Assembly (NCBI GenBank): GCA_039589315.1
Contig: JBDHHQ010000036.1
Span: 19,489 to 83,488, forward strand
From: Gemmatimonadota bacterium
GTDB lineage: Bacteria; Gemmatimonadota; Gemmatimonadetes; Longimicrobiales; Gaopeijiaceae
DNA length: 64,000 nucleotides
Reading direction: 5' to 3'
Shown: piece after piece, positions 19,301-28,501 of the stretch
Layout of the letters: each line of letters starts with the position of its first letter
Numbering within the stretch: position 1 is the stretch's first letter
Program-made: the position numbers and the translations under genes
Notes under the pieces: generated by a model
Told to the model about the DNA's origin: nothing
Seen by the model: only the letters and a program-made list of their open reading frames with translations
Database searches by the model: none

Positions 19301-20230
19301 ATGAAGAGGTTCGGGAAACTGGCACTCGTGGCCGCGGTGGCTCTGGTGGCGCTGGGTGTGTTCCAGGCGCGGAACGCAGACGGATCGGCCGGACACGGGT
19401 CGACCCTCGGCAAGGTTGCCCACGTGACGCAGGGCGTCGTGGAGCGAACGGTGGACCTGGTGCACTGGGCTTCGGATCAAATCTGGGGCAACGCCGAGGC
19501 GAAGGCGTCGAACGCGTCCGCTCCATCCAGCCAGGAAGGCGAGTTCCGCTGGGAAGGCAGGGTCGATGGGGGAGACGCCATCGAGATCAAGGGCGTGAAC
19601 GGTGACATCGTGGCCGAGAGGGGCAGGGGGTCGTCGGTGGAGGTGGTGGCCGAGAAGCGAGCGCGGCGGAGCGATCCCGACGAGGTGCGCATCGAGGTGG
19701 TTGAGCACAGCGGGGGCGTCACGGTATGCGCCGTGTACCCGGGCCGGGACAACCGTTGTGAGCCCGGCGACGGTGGCAAGAACAGCGTCCGCAACAACGA
19801 CGTCCAGGTCACCTTCCACGTACGCGTTCCGGAGGGAGTGGACTTCCATGGACGGACCGTGAACGGAGACGTTCGAGCCGCGGACCTCGCGTCCGACGTG
19901 GCGGCAGCCACGGTCAACGGTGGGCTCGAGCTGTCCACCTCCGGGTCCGTGGCGGCACAGACCGTCAACGGTTCGATCCGCGCCGTCATGGACAGCCATG
20001 ATTGGGATGGCACCCTGGAGTTCGAGACGGTCAACGGCAGCATCTCGCTGGACGTCCCCGATGACCTCGACGCCGACGTCGAGGCGTCCTGGGTCAACGG
20101 AGGTCTGGAGACCGACCTGCCGTTCACCGTCCAGGGCCGCATGTCCCGACGGCACGCCGTGGGAGCCCTGGGCGCGGGAGGGCCTGACATCGAGCTGACG
20201 ACCGTGAACGGGTCGATTCGCATTCGCTGA
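19301..20230 (+). CDS. exported DUF4097-type beta-strand repeat protein 2
   Basis: RBS GGAGG, signal peptide, seven xVNG repeats, Cys pair in CAVYP...NRC. Confidence 0.82.
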   Translation: MKRFGKLALVAAVALVALGVFQARNADGSAGHGSTLGKVAHVTQGVVERTVDLVHWASDQIWGNAEAKASNASAPSSQEGEFRWEGRVDGGDAIEIKGVNGDIVAERGRGSSVEVVAEKRARRSDPDEVRIEVVEHSGGVTVCAVYPGRDNRCEPGDGGKNSVRNNDVQVTFHVRVPEGVDFHGRTVNGDVRAADLASDVAAATVNGGLELSTSGSVAAQTVNGSIRAVMDSHDWDGTLEFETVNGSISLDVPDDLDADVEASWVNGGLETDLPFTVQGRMSRRHAVGALGAGGPDIELTTVNGSIRIR

Positions 20231-20269
20231 TCAGAGCGAGACACACATACAAACAGGGGTGAGACACAT

Positions 20270-21304
20270 ATGAACGTGAGAAACGCGGGATTCGTCGCGC
20301 TCGCCGCCGCGCTGGCCGCGTCGGGGTTGGCGGGCCAGGAGTCGTACGAGCTGGGCGGGACCGACGTATCCATCTACAACCTGGCTGGAGAGGTGGAGGT
20401 GGTGGGTGGTTCCGGCTCCGACGTGGTCGTGGAAGTGACCCGGGGCGGCTCCGACGCCCAGCAGCTGAGCGTGGAGGTGGACCGGATCGACGGCCGCGAA
20501 ACGCTGCGGGTCATCTACCCCTCCGACCGGGTCGTCTATGACACTCGGGGCTGGAGCGGCAGCACCCAGCTCCAGGTCCGGGACGACGGCACGTTCGGCG
20601 GCCGCGGCGGCGATCGGGTGGAGGTATCCGGGTCTGGTCGAGGTCTGGAAGCGCATGCCGACCTTCGGATCACGGTTCCAGCCGGCAAGGACGTCCGCGT
20701 GTATCTGGCCGCCGGAGAGATTCAGGCGGTGGACGTCGCATCCGATCTGCGGCTGGACACCCACTCCGGCGCAGTCGAGGCCAGGAGCATCCGGGGTGAC
20801 CTGATCGTGGACACCGGATCGGGGAGCGTAGTCGTGGAGGACATCACCGGCGCCGTGATCGTGGATACGGGATCGGGGAGCGTGGAGCTCCGGCGCGTGG
20901 ACGGCGGAACCGTGAGCGTCGACACCGGGTCGGGCGGAGTGCGGGGATCCGACCTCACCGCCGGCTCGGTGAGCGTCGACACCGGCTCGGGGAGCGTCGA
21001 GCTGAGCGGCGTCGGCTCCGCGGATGTGTACGTGGACACGGGTAGCGGCAGCGTCGAGGTGGAGCTCCTTCAGGACATCGACCGCCTGGAGGTGGATACG
21101 GGCTCTGGCTCGGTTACCGTCCGCATGCCCGCCGACGTCGGAGCGACCGTCGAGGTGGAGACGGGAAGCGGCGGCATCGACGTGGACCTGCCGATTCAAA
21201 TCCGCAGCGTACGGCGGGACTACCTGCGTGGCGTGATCGGCGACGGTCAGGGAACCATCGTCATCGACACGGGCTCCGGGGGCATCGAGCTCCTCCGCAA
21301 CTGA
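20270..21304 (+). CDS. exported DUF4097-type beta-strand repeat protein 3
   Basis: Signal peptide and nine [DE]T[GH]SG repeats, mostly at 18-20 aa spacing. Confidence 0.85.
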   Translation: MNVRNAGFVALAAALAASGLAGQESYELGGTDVSIYNLAGEVEVVGGSGSDVVVEVTRGGSDAQQLSVEVDRIDGRETLRVIYPSDRVVYDTRGWSGSTQLQVRDDGTFGGRGGDRVEVSGSGRGLEAHADLRITVPAGKDVRVYLAAGEIQAVDVASDLRLDTHSGAVEARSIRGDLIVDTGSGSVVVEDITGAVIVDTGSGSVELRRVDGGTVSVDTGSGGVRGSDLTAGSVSVDTGSGSVELSGVGSADVYVDTGSGSVEVELLQDIDRLEVDTGSGSVTVRMPADVGATVEVETGSGGIDVDLPIQIRSVRRDYLRGVIGDGQGTIVIDTGSGGIELLRN

Positions 21305-21322
21305 GCGGCACCCACCCAGGCG

Positions 21323-21367
21323 CGAATCAGGGGGCCCGGCGACGACGCCGGGCCCCCTGATTCGTTA
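21323..21367 (+). terminator. strong hairpin terminator of the ECF operon
   Basis: Perfect 19-bp stem CGAATCAGGGGGCCCGGCG / CGCCGGGCCCCCTGATTCG with a 4-nt loop. Confidence 0.8.
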
Positions 21368-21450
21368 TGGGCGCCTCTTGATTTCACGGCTCACGGAGGG
21401 AGAATAGGTCCCCTATCCGTGATCGTCACTCAGCAGAGGGCAGACATTCC

Positions 21451-21873
21451 ATGGTCGTGCAGGACGTCGAGTTCAACTTCCGTCATCCGGTCGAGGTCCG
21501 GTTCCGTGACATCGACATGGGCGGTCATGCCCATCACGGCCAGGCGCTCATCTACATGGAGGAAGCCCGCGCCGCGTATTGGAGGACCGTCGTGGGTCGC
21601 CCGGGCCTGGACGACATCGACTACGTCCTTGCCGAGGTCACGGTCCGGTACCACCAGCGCGTATTGTGGCCGGACACGCTGGACGTGGGCGTCCGGGTGA
21701 CGCGCATGGGTCGGAAGCACTTCGAGATGACCTACGAGGTGCGGTCCCCCGAGAGAGGCCGCTTGGTCACGGGTCACACGACGCAGGTCATGTACGACTA
21801 CGACGCTGGCAAGTCCAAACGGATCTCCGCCGAGACGCGCGCCCGCATCGGAAGCTTCGACGGCCCCTTCTGA
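21451..21873 (+). CDS. acyl-CoA thioesterase (YbgC/FadM hotdog family)
   Basis: VRFRDIDMGGHAHH...YMEEAR, 140 aa hotdog-fold pattern. Confidence 0.88.
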   Translation: MVVQDVEFNFRHPVEVRFRDIDMGGHAHHGQALIYMEEARAAYWRTVVGRPGLDDIDYVLAEVTVRYHQRVLWPDTLDVGVRVTRMGRKHFEMTYEVRSPERGRLVTGHTTQVMYDYDAGKSKRISAETRARIGSFDGPF

Positions 21874-22003
21874 GCCTCGGGCAGGAGCGGCGCGAGAGCT
21901 CGCGGCCAGAGCCGCTCGGGACACGGACCGTAGAGGCCGATCCCCCGCCTTACCTGCTCGAGCGGGCCCCGGCTGTAAGAATCTCCCCCTGCCGGCGCAT
22001 AGA

Positions 22004-22163
22004 CACCCTGAGGCCGTGGGTCTCGGTCGGTCCCTTGAGGGTTGACGCCAGGCCCGGGACGCTGTACATGGACTCGGTCCGCCAGTCCGGCAGAGCGAGA
22101 TCGCACGGGCCGCACCGGTGGCTCCGGGTCAGGGACCCTGCTGCGCGGAGGCAACAGGACGTG
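22004..22163 (+). ncRNA. ssrS: probable 6S RNA (long irregular rod-shaped hairpin)
   Basis: Nested pairings: CCTG/CAGG at the ends, GGTCCCTTGA/TCAGGGACC (22029/22137), GGCCCG/CGGGCC (22051/22111), CGCT/AGCG and GGACT/AGTCC. An internal loop and a downstream hairpin are present. Boundaries are approximate and strand is inferred from the downstream hairpin. Confidence 0.5.
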
Positions 22164-22195
22164 CAGGATCACGACAGAAACACGTGACCCGAGCT

Positions 22196-22217
22196 CCCGC
22201 CGATGAGCGGGATCTTT
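22196..22217 (+). terminator. possible terminator after the ncRNA candidate
   Basis: CCCGC-cgatga-GCGGG followed by ATCTTT. Confidence 0.4.
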
Positions 22218-22316
22218 CGGCAGACGGGCGATGTAAGAATACAGCGACGACGCGGGGCCAGTTGGCCCGCGCCATGCAGGAGCACTCTCGGACGCTCCCG
22301 ACGAAATCAATCCCGG

Positions 22317-22346
22317 TTGACCCTTTGGCCGGGATATGCATAAATT
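22317..22346 (+). promoter_or_regulatory. sigma70-like promoter for the TPR gene
   Basis: TTGACC-N18-TAAATT in a locally AT-rich patch. Confidence 0.45.
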
Positions 22347-22470
22347 CTCAAGCTTAGCAAGTATTCTTTTCGGCCCGGGCCAAAGCGCTCGCGGGTAAGT
22401 GCGAAACCGTGTTGGAATAGGCCCCCCGGGCCTTGGACTCCGCACAGGTCCAACTTCAGGAGACTGGAAG

Positions 22471-24219
22471 ATGATCGGACGGCTGATGAAGGGCACGCTG
22501 GCCTTGATAGCGGCCCTCCTCGTGATTCCTGTCGCGCCAACGGGCGGTCAGGCGCAGGAGCAGGAGGTCACCGGACGTTTCCGCGTGTTGGTGCCCAACC
22601 TCGAGAGGCTGGACGAGCAAGCCGACAAGAACTTCGGTAAGGACGTGGCGAAGGAGTTCCGGGAGCTCATCGACGATCTCGCTACGCACCAGCCAGTCGA
22701 AGAGAGGGAGGCCAAGGACGCGGCCAAGAAGTTCAAGCTCGACTATGACGAGCTCACCTGCATCCAGACCCGACAGCTGGCCAGCCAGATCAACGCCCAG
22801 CTGGTCATGTGCGGCACCTACGGCCAGACCGGGACAGAGTACGCGGTCGACGCCACCTTCATCTCCGTGGCCAACGGCGAGAGCTTCGACGTGGAGCAGT
22901 TCACGGTGCCGGAGAAGGACAAAGAGGCCGCCGCCCAGTCCATCTTCGAGTCGTTCGACCTGCTCGTGCAGCAGACGCGCTTCGCCGCTTTCTGCGGCGA
23001 CTACGCCACCTCCCAGCAGTGGGACAACGCTCTCACGAACTGCGACCGGGCCATCGAGCTTTCGCCTGGCGCCGTCAGCGCCCGGTACACGCGAGCCCGG
23101 GTGCTGATGGAGCTGGACCGGATGGAGGAGGCCTACGAGGAGCTCGGTCAGGTTATCGAGTTGAACCCGATCCACGAGAACGCGCTCCAGACCTCCGGGT
23201 TCGTGGCGATCCAGCTCGGCCGGATCGACGAGTCGCGGGCCCACTACAACAGCTACCTCGAGCTGAATCCCGGCAACTCGCAGGTGCGGATGCACGTGGC
23301 CTATGAGCTCGCCCAGGAAGGCGATCCGGCCGGCGCGATGATGATGATCGAGGAGGGCTTGAACCTCGAGCCGGACAACATCGAGCTCCAGAAGCAGCAC
23401 GGGAACTTCGCGTTCGCCGCGGCAACGCAGGCCATGGGCGACCAACCGGCTGCCGAGGACGCGGAGCTAGCCCCGGAGGTGGTGGAGCTCTACAACAAAG
23501 CGCTCGTGTCGTTCGAAGCGGTCTACGCGGCCGAAGGTGCGGACATGAACGCGTCTCAGGTCCGCAACATGGTGGCCGCCAACATGCAGCTCGGCCGCAT
23601 GGACGAGTCGCTGGGCCTGGCCGAGCGGGCGCTCCAGACCCACGCCGAAGAGGGAGCCCTCTGGTCGATCTACGCAGATGCCCTGGGTCGGGCCGGTCGC
23701 ATCGACGAGGCCATCGACGCCCTGGACGAGTTGAAGGCCATCGATCCGGACTACCCCAACGTCTCCGTGCGTCAGGGCCGCTGGCTCCTGGACGAAGGCC
23801 GGGTGGAGGAGGCCCTCCCCAGGCTCAAGGAGGCCGCAGAGCGGGGTGAGCAGCCCGTGGACGTGGTGGCCGGTCTGGTGTTCAGCCGGGGCTACTCCGA
23901 GGGCGTGCAGCAGAACGACTTCCGCTATGCGCAGGAGATGTTCATCGCCGCCAAGACCTTCGACGTCAGCGACCGGATGAAGGCTCAGCTGGACTTCTGG
24001 CATGGCTTCGCCCTGTACAACAGGGGTCGGATCACTCAGGAATCCCAGACGCTGGAGACGGCGCAGCAGACGTTGCCCCTGTTCCAGCAGGCGATGACGC
24101 TGTTCCGGGCGGGCGCTACCTACGCCAACGAGCAGCCGTCCATCAATCTGCAGCAGTTCCTGGACGCCACCAGCACCTACATCGAGATCCAAGAGGCGAT
24201 CATCAAGCGAGGGCGCTGA
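22471..24219 (+). CDS. exported tetratricopeptide-repeat protein
   Basis: RBS AGGAG, signal peptide ending GQA-Q, several TPR-like units (AIELSP, VIELNP, YLELNP, LNLEP). Confidence 0.85.
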   Translation: MIGRLMKGTLALIAALLVIPVAPTGGQAQEQEVTGRFRVLVPNLERLDEQADKNFGKDVAKEFRELIDDLATHQPVEEREAKDAAKKFKLDYDELTCIQTRQLASQINAQLVMCGTYGQTGTEYAVDATFISVANGESFDVEQFTVPEKDKEAAAQSIFESFDLLVQQTRFAAFCGDYATSQQWDNALTNCDRAIELSPGAVSARYTRARVLMELDRMEEAYEELGQVIELNPIHENALQTSGFVAIQLGRIDESRAHYNSYLELNPGNSQVRMHVAYELAQEGDPAGAMMMIEEGLNLEPDNIELQKQHGNFAFAAATQAMGDQPAAEDAELAPEVVELYNKALVSFEAVYAAEGADMNASQVRNMVAANMQLGRMDESLGLAERALQTHAEEGALWSIYADALGRAGRIDEAIDALDELKAIDPDYPNVSVRQGRWLLDEGRVEEALPRLKEAAERGEQPVDVVAGLVFSRGYSEGVQQNDFRYAQEMFIAAKTFDVSDRMKAQLDFWHGFALYNRGRITQESQTLETAQQTLPLFQQAMTLFRAGATYANEQPSINLQQFLDATSTYIEIQEAIIKRGR

Positions 24220-24242
24220 TCGCCCCCTGGGTCTCCAGCCAC

Positions 24243-24279
24243 CGAAGGCGCCGCGGGGATTTACCTCGCGGCGCCTTCG
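24243..24279 (+). terminator. hairpin terminator after the TPR gene
   Basis: 16-bp stem CGAAGGCGCCGCGGGG / CCTCGCGGCGCCTTCG (one G-U pair), loop ATTTA. Confidence 0.65.
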
Positions 24280-24780
24280 CATTGCCCCCCACTTATGTGG
24301 TGGTGCTGCAAGAGTCGTGATGCTATTCGAGAGCCACTGCATCCCGCCCGGCGGCGTTGCGGTTCCTCGCAACAGCGCTGCCATTACTCGTCTCCGCGCC
24401 TTGCCGGCTCGGGCGCATCGGCCCCCTCGGTAGCTACCAGACTTCTGCAGTACCACACTAGCTTGCGACATGCCCGGTCTTCCCTGTGGGGCTCGGTGAG
24501 GTCAGCAAGCTGCCGCCCCACCGCAGCTCCTCCCCGGCTCATCCCTCGAATCCCGGCTCCCCCGGCGACCCATTTGGAGGCGAGTCGGGAGTGGGGAAGG
24601 GTGGGGAGCACGCGCGCGACGTGACCCATGACCCGAAAATTTCCCGAAATACCCCCTCGAGTCCTGTCGGCAGGTGCGAGCCGGTCAGGCTGGAAACCCA
24701 CAGAATAACAGCAAGAGGGGCCGAATCCGGACCTCGGCAGGCGAATTCGCGCGGTCCTCGTTTTTCTTGAAAATGGATCC

Positions 24781-24844
24781 TTGACGTCGGCGGGGTCGCG
24801 TCCCATCTTGGGGACCATGGTGGCAAAAAGTGGGGAAGTGTGGG
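24781..24844 (+). promoter_or_regulatory. dcw promoter with MraZ-binding GTGG(G) boxes
   Basis: TTGACG-N17-CATCTT, then GTGG (24820), GTGGG (24830) and GTGGG (24840) at 10-bp period. Confidence 0.8.
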
Positions 24845-24876
24845 TAAGCTGACTAAACGGTGGGCGATCGGGGGCC

Positions 24877-25308
24877 GTGAGCGGATTCTTCGGCAGATAC
24901 GACTACCAGATGGATGGGAAGGGGCGCGTCAGCCTCCCGTCGGCATTTCGTCGGGCGGCTGGCAGTGAGCGCTTCGTCCTGCTCCAATGGCAGCCGCCTG
25001 CCCTGACACTTCTGCCCGAGGCCACCTGGGAGGGCGTCCAGAGCCGGTTGATGGACTATCGCCGGAGCCAGCCAGAGGCGTGGAACGAGGTGATGGCCAT
25101 CGCCTCCCAGGCCGTGGAGGTGAAGCCCGACAAGCAGGGGCGGATCCTGGTGCCCGCCTGGCTGCAGCAGGCCGCTTCCCTGGACGGCGCCGTTCGGCTC
25201 GTCGGGAACATCGACCGCATCGAGATCTGGAACCCCGCCGCGTTCGACGCGGCCTTGAGCGAACGGACCGAAGACTTCCGTCGGTTCGCCTCCCAGATCT
25301 TCGGCTGA
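24877..25308 (+). CDS. mraZ: division/cell wall cluster transcriptional repressor MraZ
   Basis: Two DxxGR motifs (DGKGRVSLP, DKQGRILVP) and IEIW. Confidence 0.95.
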   Translation: MSGFFGRYDYQMDGKGRVSLPSAFRRAAGSERFVLLQWQPPALTLLPEATWEGVQSRLMDYRRSQPEAWNEVMAIASQAVEVKPDKQGRILVPAWLQQAASLDGAVRLVGNIDRIEIWNPAAFDAALSERTEDFRRFASQIFG

Positions 25309-25311
25309 CGC

Positions 25312-26244
25312 GTGGGAGACGATGCATACCATGAGCCGGTGCTCGTCGAGCAGGTTCTGGGTTACCTGGCACCGAGGGGTGCGGGCCTCTTCTTCGACGG
25401 CACCGTGGGGGGTGGGGGGCACGCCCGGGCGGTGCTCGAGACTTGCGCTGAATGCCGCCTCCTCGGTTGCGATCGCGATCCGGAGGCGCTTGCCGAGGCC
25501 CGGAAGGCTCTGGAGCCTCTCGGTGCCCGGGTGGTCCTCGAGCGCGGACGGTTCGACCAGGTGATTCAGGCCCGAGTCGGAGACGCGGTCCTGAGCGGTG
25601 CGCTCCTGGACCTGGGAGTCAGTTCGCGCCAGCTCGACGCAGACGGCCGCGGCTTCGCCTTCCGCCGCGGCGTGCCCCTCGACATGCGCATGGAAGGTGC
25701 GGAGGGGTCTGCTGCCACCGCGGCGGAGCTGCTGAACGAAGCCTCCGAGGGAGATCTGACCGAGATCTTCCGCACCTTTGGCGAAGAGCCCCGGGCACGA
25801 CGCTTGGCCCGGTTCATCGTGCGCCGCCGGGCCGAGCGTCCTTTCGAAACGAGCGACGATCTCGTCGGCGCGCTGAGCGCTGCCCGGGGCAGCGCCCCCT
25901 CCCAGCGGGACAAGGCCCGGATCTTCCAGGCCCTGAGAATCGCCGTGAATCAGGAGCTCCAGTCCCTCGAGCAGGGCTTGGAGGGCTTGCTGCCGGCGCT
26001 CCTCCCCGGCGGCACCCTCGTCGTGATCAGCTACCACTCCCTCGAGGACCGTGTCGTCAAGCTCACCTTCCGGAGCTGGAGCGCGGCGTGCGTATGTCCT
26101 CCCGAGTTCCCGGTGTGCGTGTGCCGGGGCGTCCCCCTGGGCGTCACCCTCACGAAGAAGCCCGTGCGCCCCAGCGACGACGAGGTCGCCCGCAACCCAA
26201 GAGCCCGGAGCGCCCGTCTGCGGGCCTGGAGGAAAGCGGCGTGA
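25312..26244 (+). CDS. rsmH: 16S rRNA C1402 N4-methyltransferase
   Basis: HEPVL, DGTVGGGGH, DLGVSS, ISYHSLEDR, NPRARSARLR. Confidence 0.96.
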   Translation: MGDDAYHEPVLVEQVLGYLAPRGAGLFFDGTVGGGGHARAVLETCAECRLLGCDRDPEALAEARKALEPLGARVVLERGRFDQVIQARVGDAVLSGALLDLGVSSRQLDADGRGFAFRRGVPLDMRMEGAEGSAATAAELLNEASEGDLTEIFRTFGEEPRARRLARFIVRRRAERPFETSDDLVGALSAARGSAPSQRDKARIFQALRIAVNQELQSLEQGLEGLLPALLPGGTLVVISYHSLEDRVVKLTFRSWSAACVCPPEFPVCVCRGVPLGVTLTKKPVRPSDDEVARNPRARSARLRAWRKAA

Positions 26245-26525
26245 AGCGCCTGTCCGGATCCAGTCTCGTGGCGCTGGCCGTCGCCGCCCTCCTGGCGTCC
26301 CTCACGCTCGTGGCATGGCGCCAGGGTCGGGCATTGGAGGGACTCGCCGCACTCGACGTGGTCCGGACCGAGGTGTCCGTCGCGGTCGCCGAGCGGGACG
26401 AGCTCGCCCGCCGTATTCAGCGCTTGGAGAGCCGCGGCTACGTGGTCGAGGTCGCGGAGCGGCGTCTGGGCATGCACACGCCCGAGGCCGCGGAGATCGT
26501 CTACCTGACCGGAGCACAGCGGTGA
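26241..26525 (+). CDS. ftsL: cell division protein FtsL
   Basis: Short TM + coiled-coil protein ending AERRLGM, between rsmH and ftsI with GTGA overlaps on both sides. Confidence 0.8.
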   Translation: MKRLSGSSLVALAVAALLASLTLVAWRQGRALEGLAALDVVRTEVSVAVAERDELARRIQRLESRGYVVEVAERRLGMHTPEAAEIVYLTGAQR

Positions 26526-28501
26526 AGCGGATGACCAAGCTGGAACGCAGAGCCGCTTTCCGCCGGCGCCTCCTGTTGGCCGGCTGGCTCCTGGGATCCG
26601 CCCTGATTCTGTTGAGAGCCGGTGAGCTGCAGCTCGTGGAGGGCACCGAGTGGCGGAGTGTAGCCGGGAAGCAGCATCGCAAGACGGTTCAGGTGCCGGC
26701 GCCGCGGGGCTCGATCGTGGATCGAGACGGGGTTCCCATGGCCGTCAGCCGGGAGCGCGTGCGGGTGGCGGTGGCTCCCCATGAGCTCGAGGACGCACAG
26801 TCGGCGGCCGAGCGACTGGCCGATGCCCTGGAGCTGTCGACCGGCCGGGCCAAGCGCCTCACCACCTCGAAGAAGCGATGGGTGGTCGTCAGCGGTCACT
26901 ATCCGCCATCCGTCAAGGAGACCCTGGGAGGCGGGGGCGGCATCTATCTGGAGCGGAGCCTGCCGAGGTACTACCCCCACGGGGATCTGGCCCGGCCCTT
27001 GCTCGGCAGCGTACAGGATGGCCGCGGCGCCGGCGGGATCGAGCAGGCGTTCGACTCCCTGCTCAGCGGTGACGCGGGCGAGGAGATCCAGGCTCGGGGC
27101 AGCAACGGCGATCCCGTCCCGGGAGAGACGGTCCTGGTCGAGCCTCCGCAGCCGGGGGGCCAGGTGGTCCTCACGTTGGACATGGATCTGCAGGAGATCG
27201 CCCACGAGGCTCTGAGCGATCAGATCCGTGAGACCGGAGCCCGGCGGGGCGATCTCCTGATCACGGACCCCGCCACGGGCGAGATACTGGCCATGGTCTC
27301 CCTCCCGGGAGGGGCCACCAGCGGCCTGGCGGCGCTCACGACCCCGTACGAGCCGGGCTCGACGCTGAAGCCCTTCACCGTGGCGGCCATCCTCAACGAG
27401 GGCGTGGCCACGATGCAGGACAGCGCAGACACCGGCGTCGGCCAGTGGCGTGTGGCAGGGCGCACCCTGCACGACGTGCACCCGAAGGGCGGCTACCTCA
27501 CCCTGGCGGAGGCGCTTCGCTACTCGTCCAACGTCGGCGTGGCCAAGCTGGCCCAGGGCCTGAGGCCGGCCGAGCAGTACGAGAACCTCCGGGACTTCGG
27601 CTTCGGGGTCATCACCGGGATCGGGATCCCGGGAGAAGCGGCTGGCATTCTCCGTCGGCCCGATCGTTGGTCCGGCCAGTCCGCGGCTTCCCTGGCGATC
27701 GGCTACGAGATCTCGGTGACGCCGTTGCAGATGGCCATGGCGTACGGTGCCCTGGCCAACGGAGGCAAGCTCATGGAGCCGCGTCTCATCCGGGAGGTCC
27801 GCGACCGCCGGGGACGCGTGGTGACCCGAAATCGCCCACGCGTGGTCCGCCGTGTCGTACCGAAGCGCGTCACCCGAGAAATCACGCCGGTCCTCGTGGA
27901 GGTCGTCGACCAGGGCACCGGGACCCGCGCTCGGCTGACCACCTTCTCGGTCGCCGGGAAGAGCGGAACCGCCCGGGCGTACGACGCCAACGGCGGGTAC
28001 GCGCAGGGCGGCTACTACTCGTCCTTCATCGGCTTCTTCCCGGCCGAGGATCCGCAGCTGGTCATCTTCGTGAAGCTGGAGCGACCCCAGGGAGCCTATT
28101 ACGGCGGCGCCACCGCGGCTCCCGTGACGCGGGCCACCTTGGAGGCCATCCTCGCCGCCCGGCGGGCGCCCATCGATCGCCGGGCCCTGGCCGCCATGGC
28201 CCGCCGCACCGAGCGCGACGGGTCCGAAGCCGGGGAGGTGCCCGTCGCCTTCGCGTCCCAGTCACTGGACCCGGTCACCTCGCCAGCTCCGCCCTCCCCG
28301 CCCGACGCGACGGCGCCCGTTCCCGTCCCGGACGTCTCGGGACTCTCGGCCCGGGCCGCGATCCGACGCCTCCACGCGCTGGGGCTCCACGTCTCGTGGG
28401 GCGCCGACGGGGCCATCACCGGAACCATACCCGCCGCCGGTACGCGCTTGGCGCCTGGCGACACCGTCAGCCTGCGGACCCGGACGGGGGACGATGGCTG
28501 A
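26522..28501 (+). CDS. ftsI: class B penicillin-binding protein FtsI with C-terminal PASTA domain
   Basis: PAPRGSIVDR, SxxK (STLK), SSN, KSG, and PASTA-like VPDVSGLSARAA. Confidence 0.93.
   Translation: MKRMTKLERRAAFRRRLLLAGWLLGSALILLRAGELQLVEGTEWRSVAGKQHRKTVQVPAPRGSIVDRDGVPMAVSRERVRVAVAPHELEDAQSAAERLADALELSTGRAKRLTTSKKRWVVVSGHYPPSVKETLGGGGGIYLERSLPRYYPHGDLARPLLGSVQDGRGAGGIEQAFDSLLSGDAGEEIQARGSNGDPVPGETVLVEPPQPGGQVVLTLDMDLQEIAHEALSDQIRETGARRGDLLITDPATGEILAMVSLPGGATSGLAALTTPYEPGSTLKPFTVAAILNEGVATMQDSADTGVGQWRVAGRTLHDVHPKGGYLTLAEALRYSSNVGVAKLAQGLRPAEQYENLRDFGFGVITGIGIPGEAAGILRRPDRWSGQSAASLAIGYEISVTPLQMAMAYGALANGGKLMEPRLIREVRDRRGRVVTRNRPRVVRRVVPKRVTREITPVLVEVVDQGTGTRARLTTFSVAGKSGTARAYDANGGYAQGGYYSSFIGFFPAEDPQLVIFVKLERPQGAYYGGATAAPVTRATLEAILAARRAPIDRRALAAMARRTERDGSEAGEVPVAFASQSLDPVTSPAPPSPPDATAPVPVPDVSGLSARAAIRRLHALGLHVSWGADGAITGTIPAAGTRLAPGDTVSLRTRTGDDG

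Noticed and set aside
17738..20155. 805-aa minus-strand ORF across the anti-sigma and DUF4097 genes
   Set aside because: It is the in-register antisense of well-supported genes, has no motifs, and is a typical high-GC shadow ORF.
20231..20269. GAGACACA repeated in a CA-rich spacer
   Set aside because: Too short. It is adequately explained as an unstructured translation-initiation region.
20750..21290. Repeated GACACCGG/GACACGGG units resembling a CRISPR or tandem array
   Set aside because: They are codons for the DTGSG protein repeat, vary at synonymous sites and have no cas genes nearby.
24280..24780. Short ORFs or a tRNA in the long region upstream of mraZ
   Set aside because: No cloverleaf or T-loop motif. 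The ORFs lack RBS and protein-like composition.
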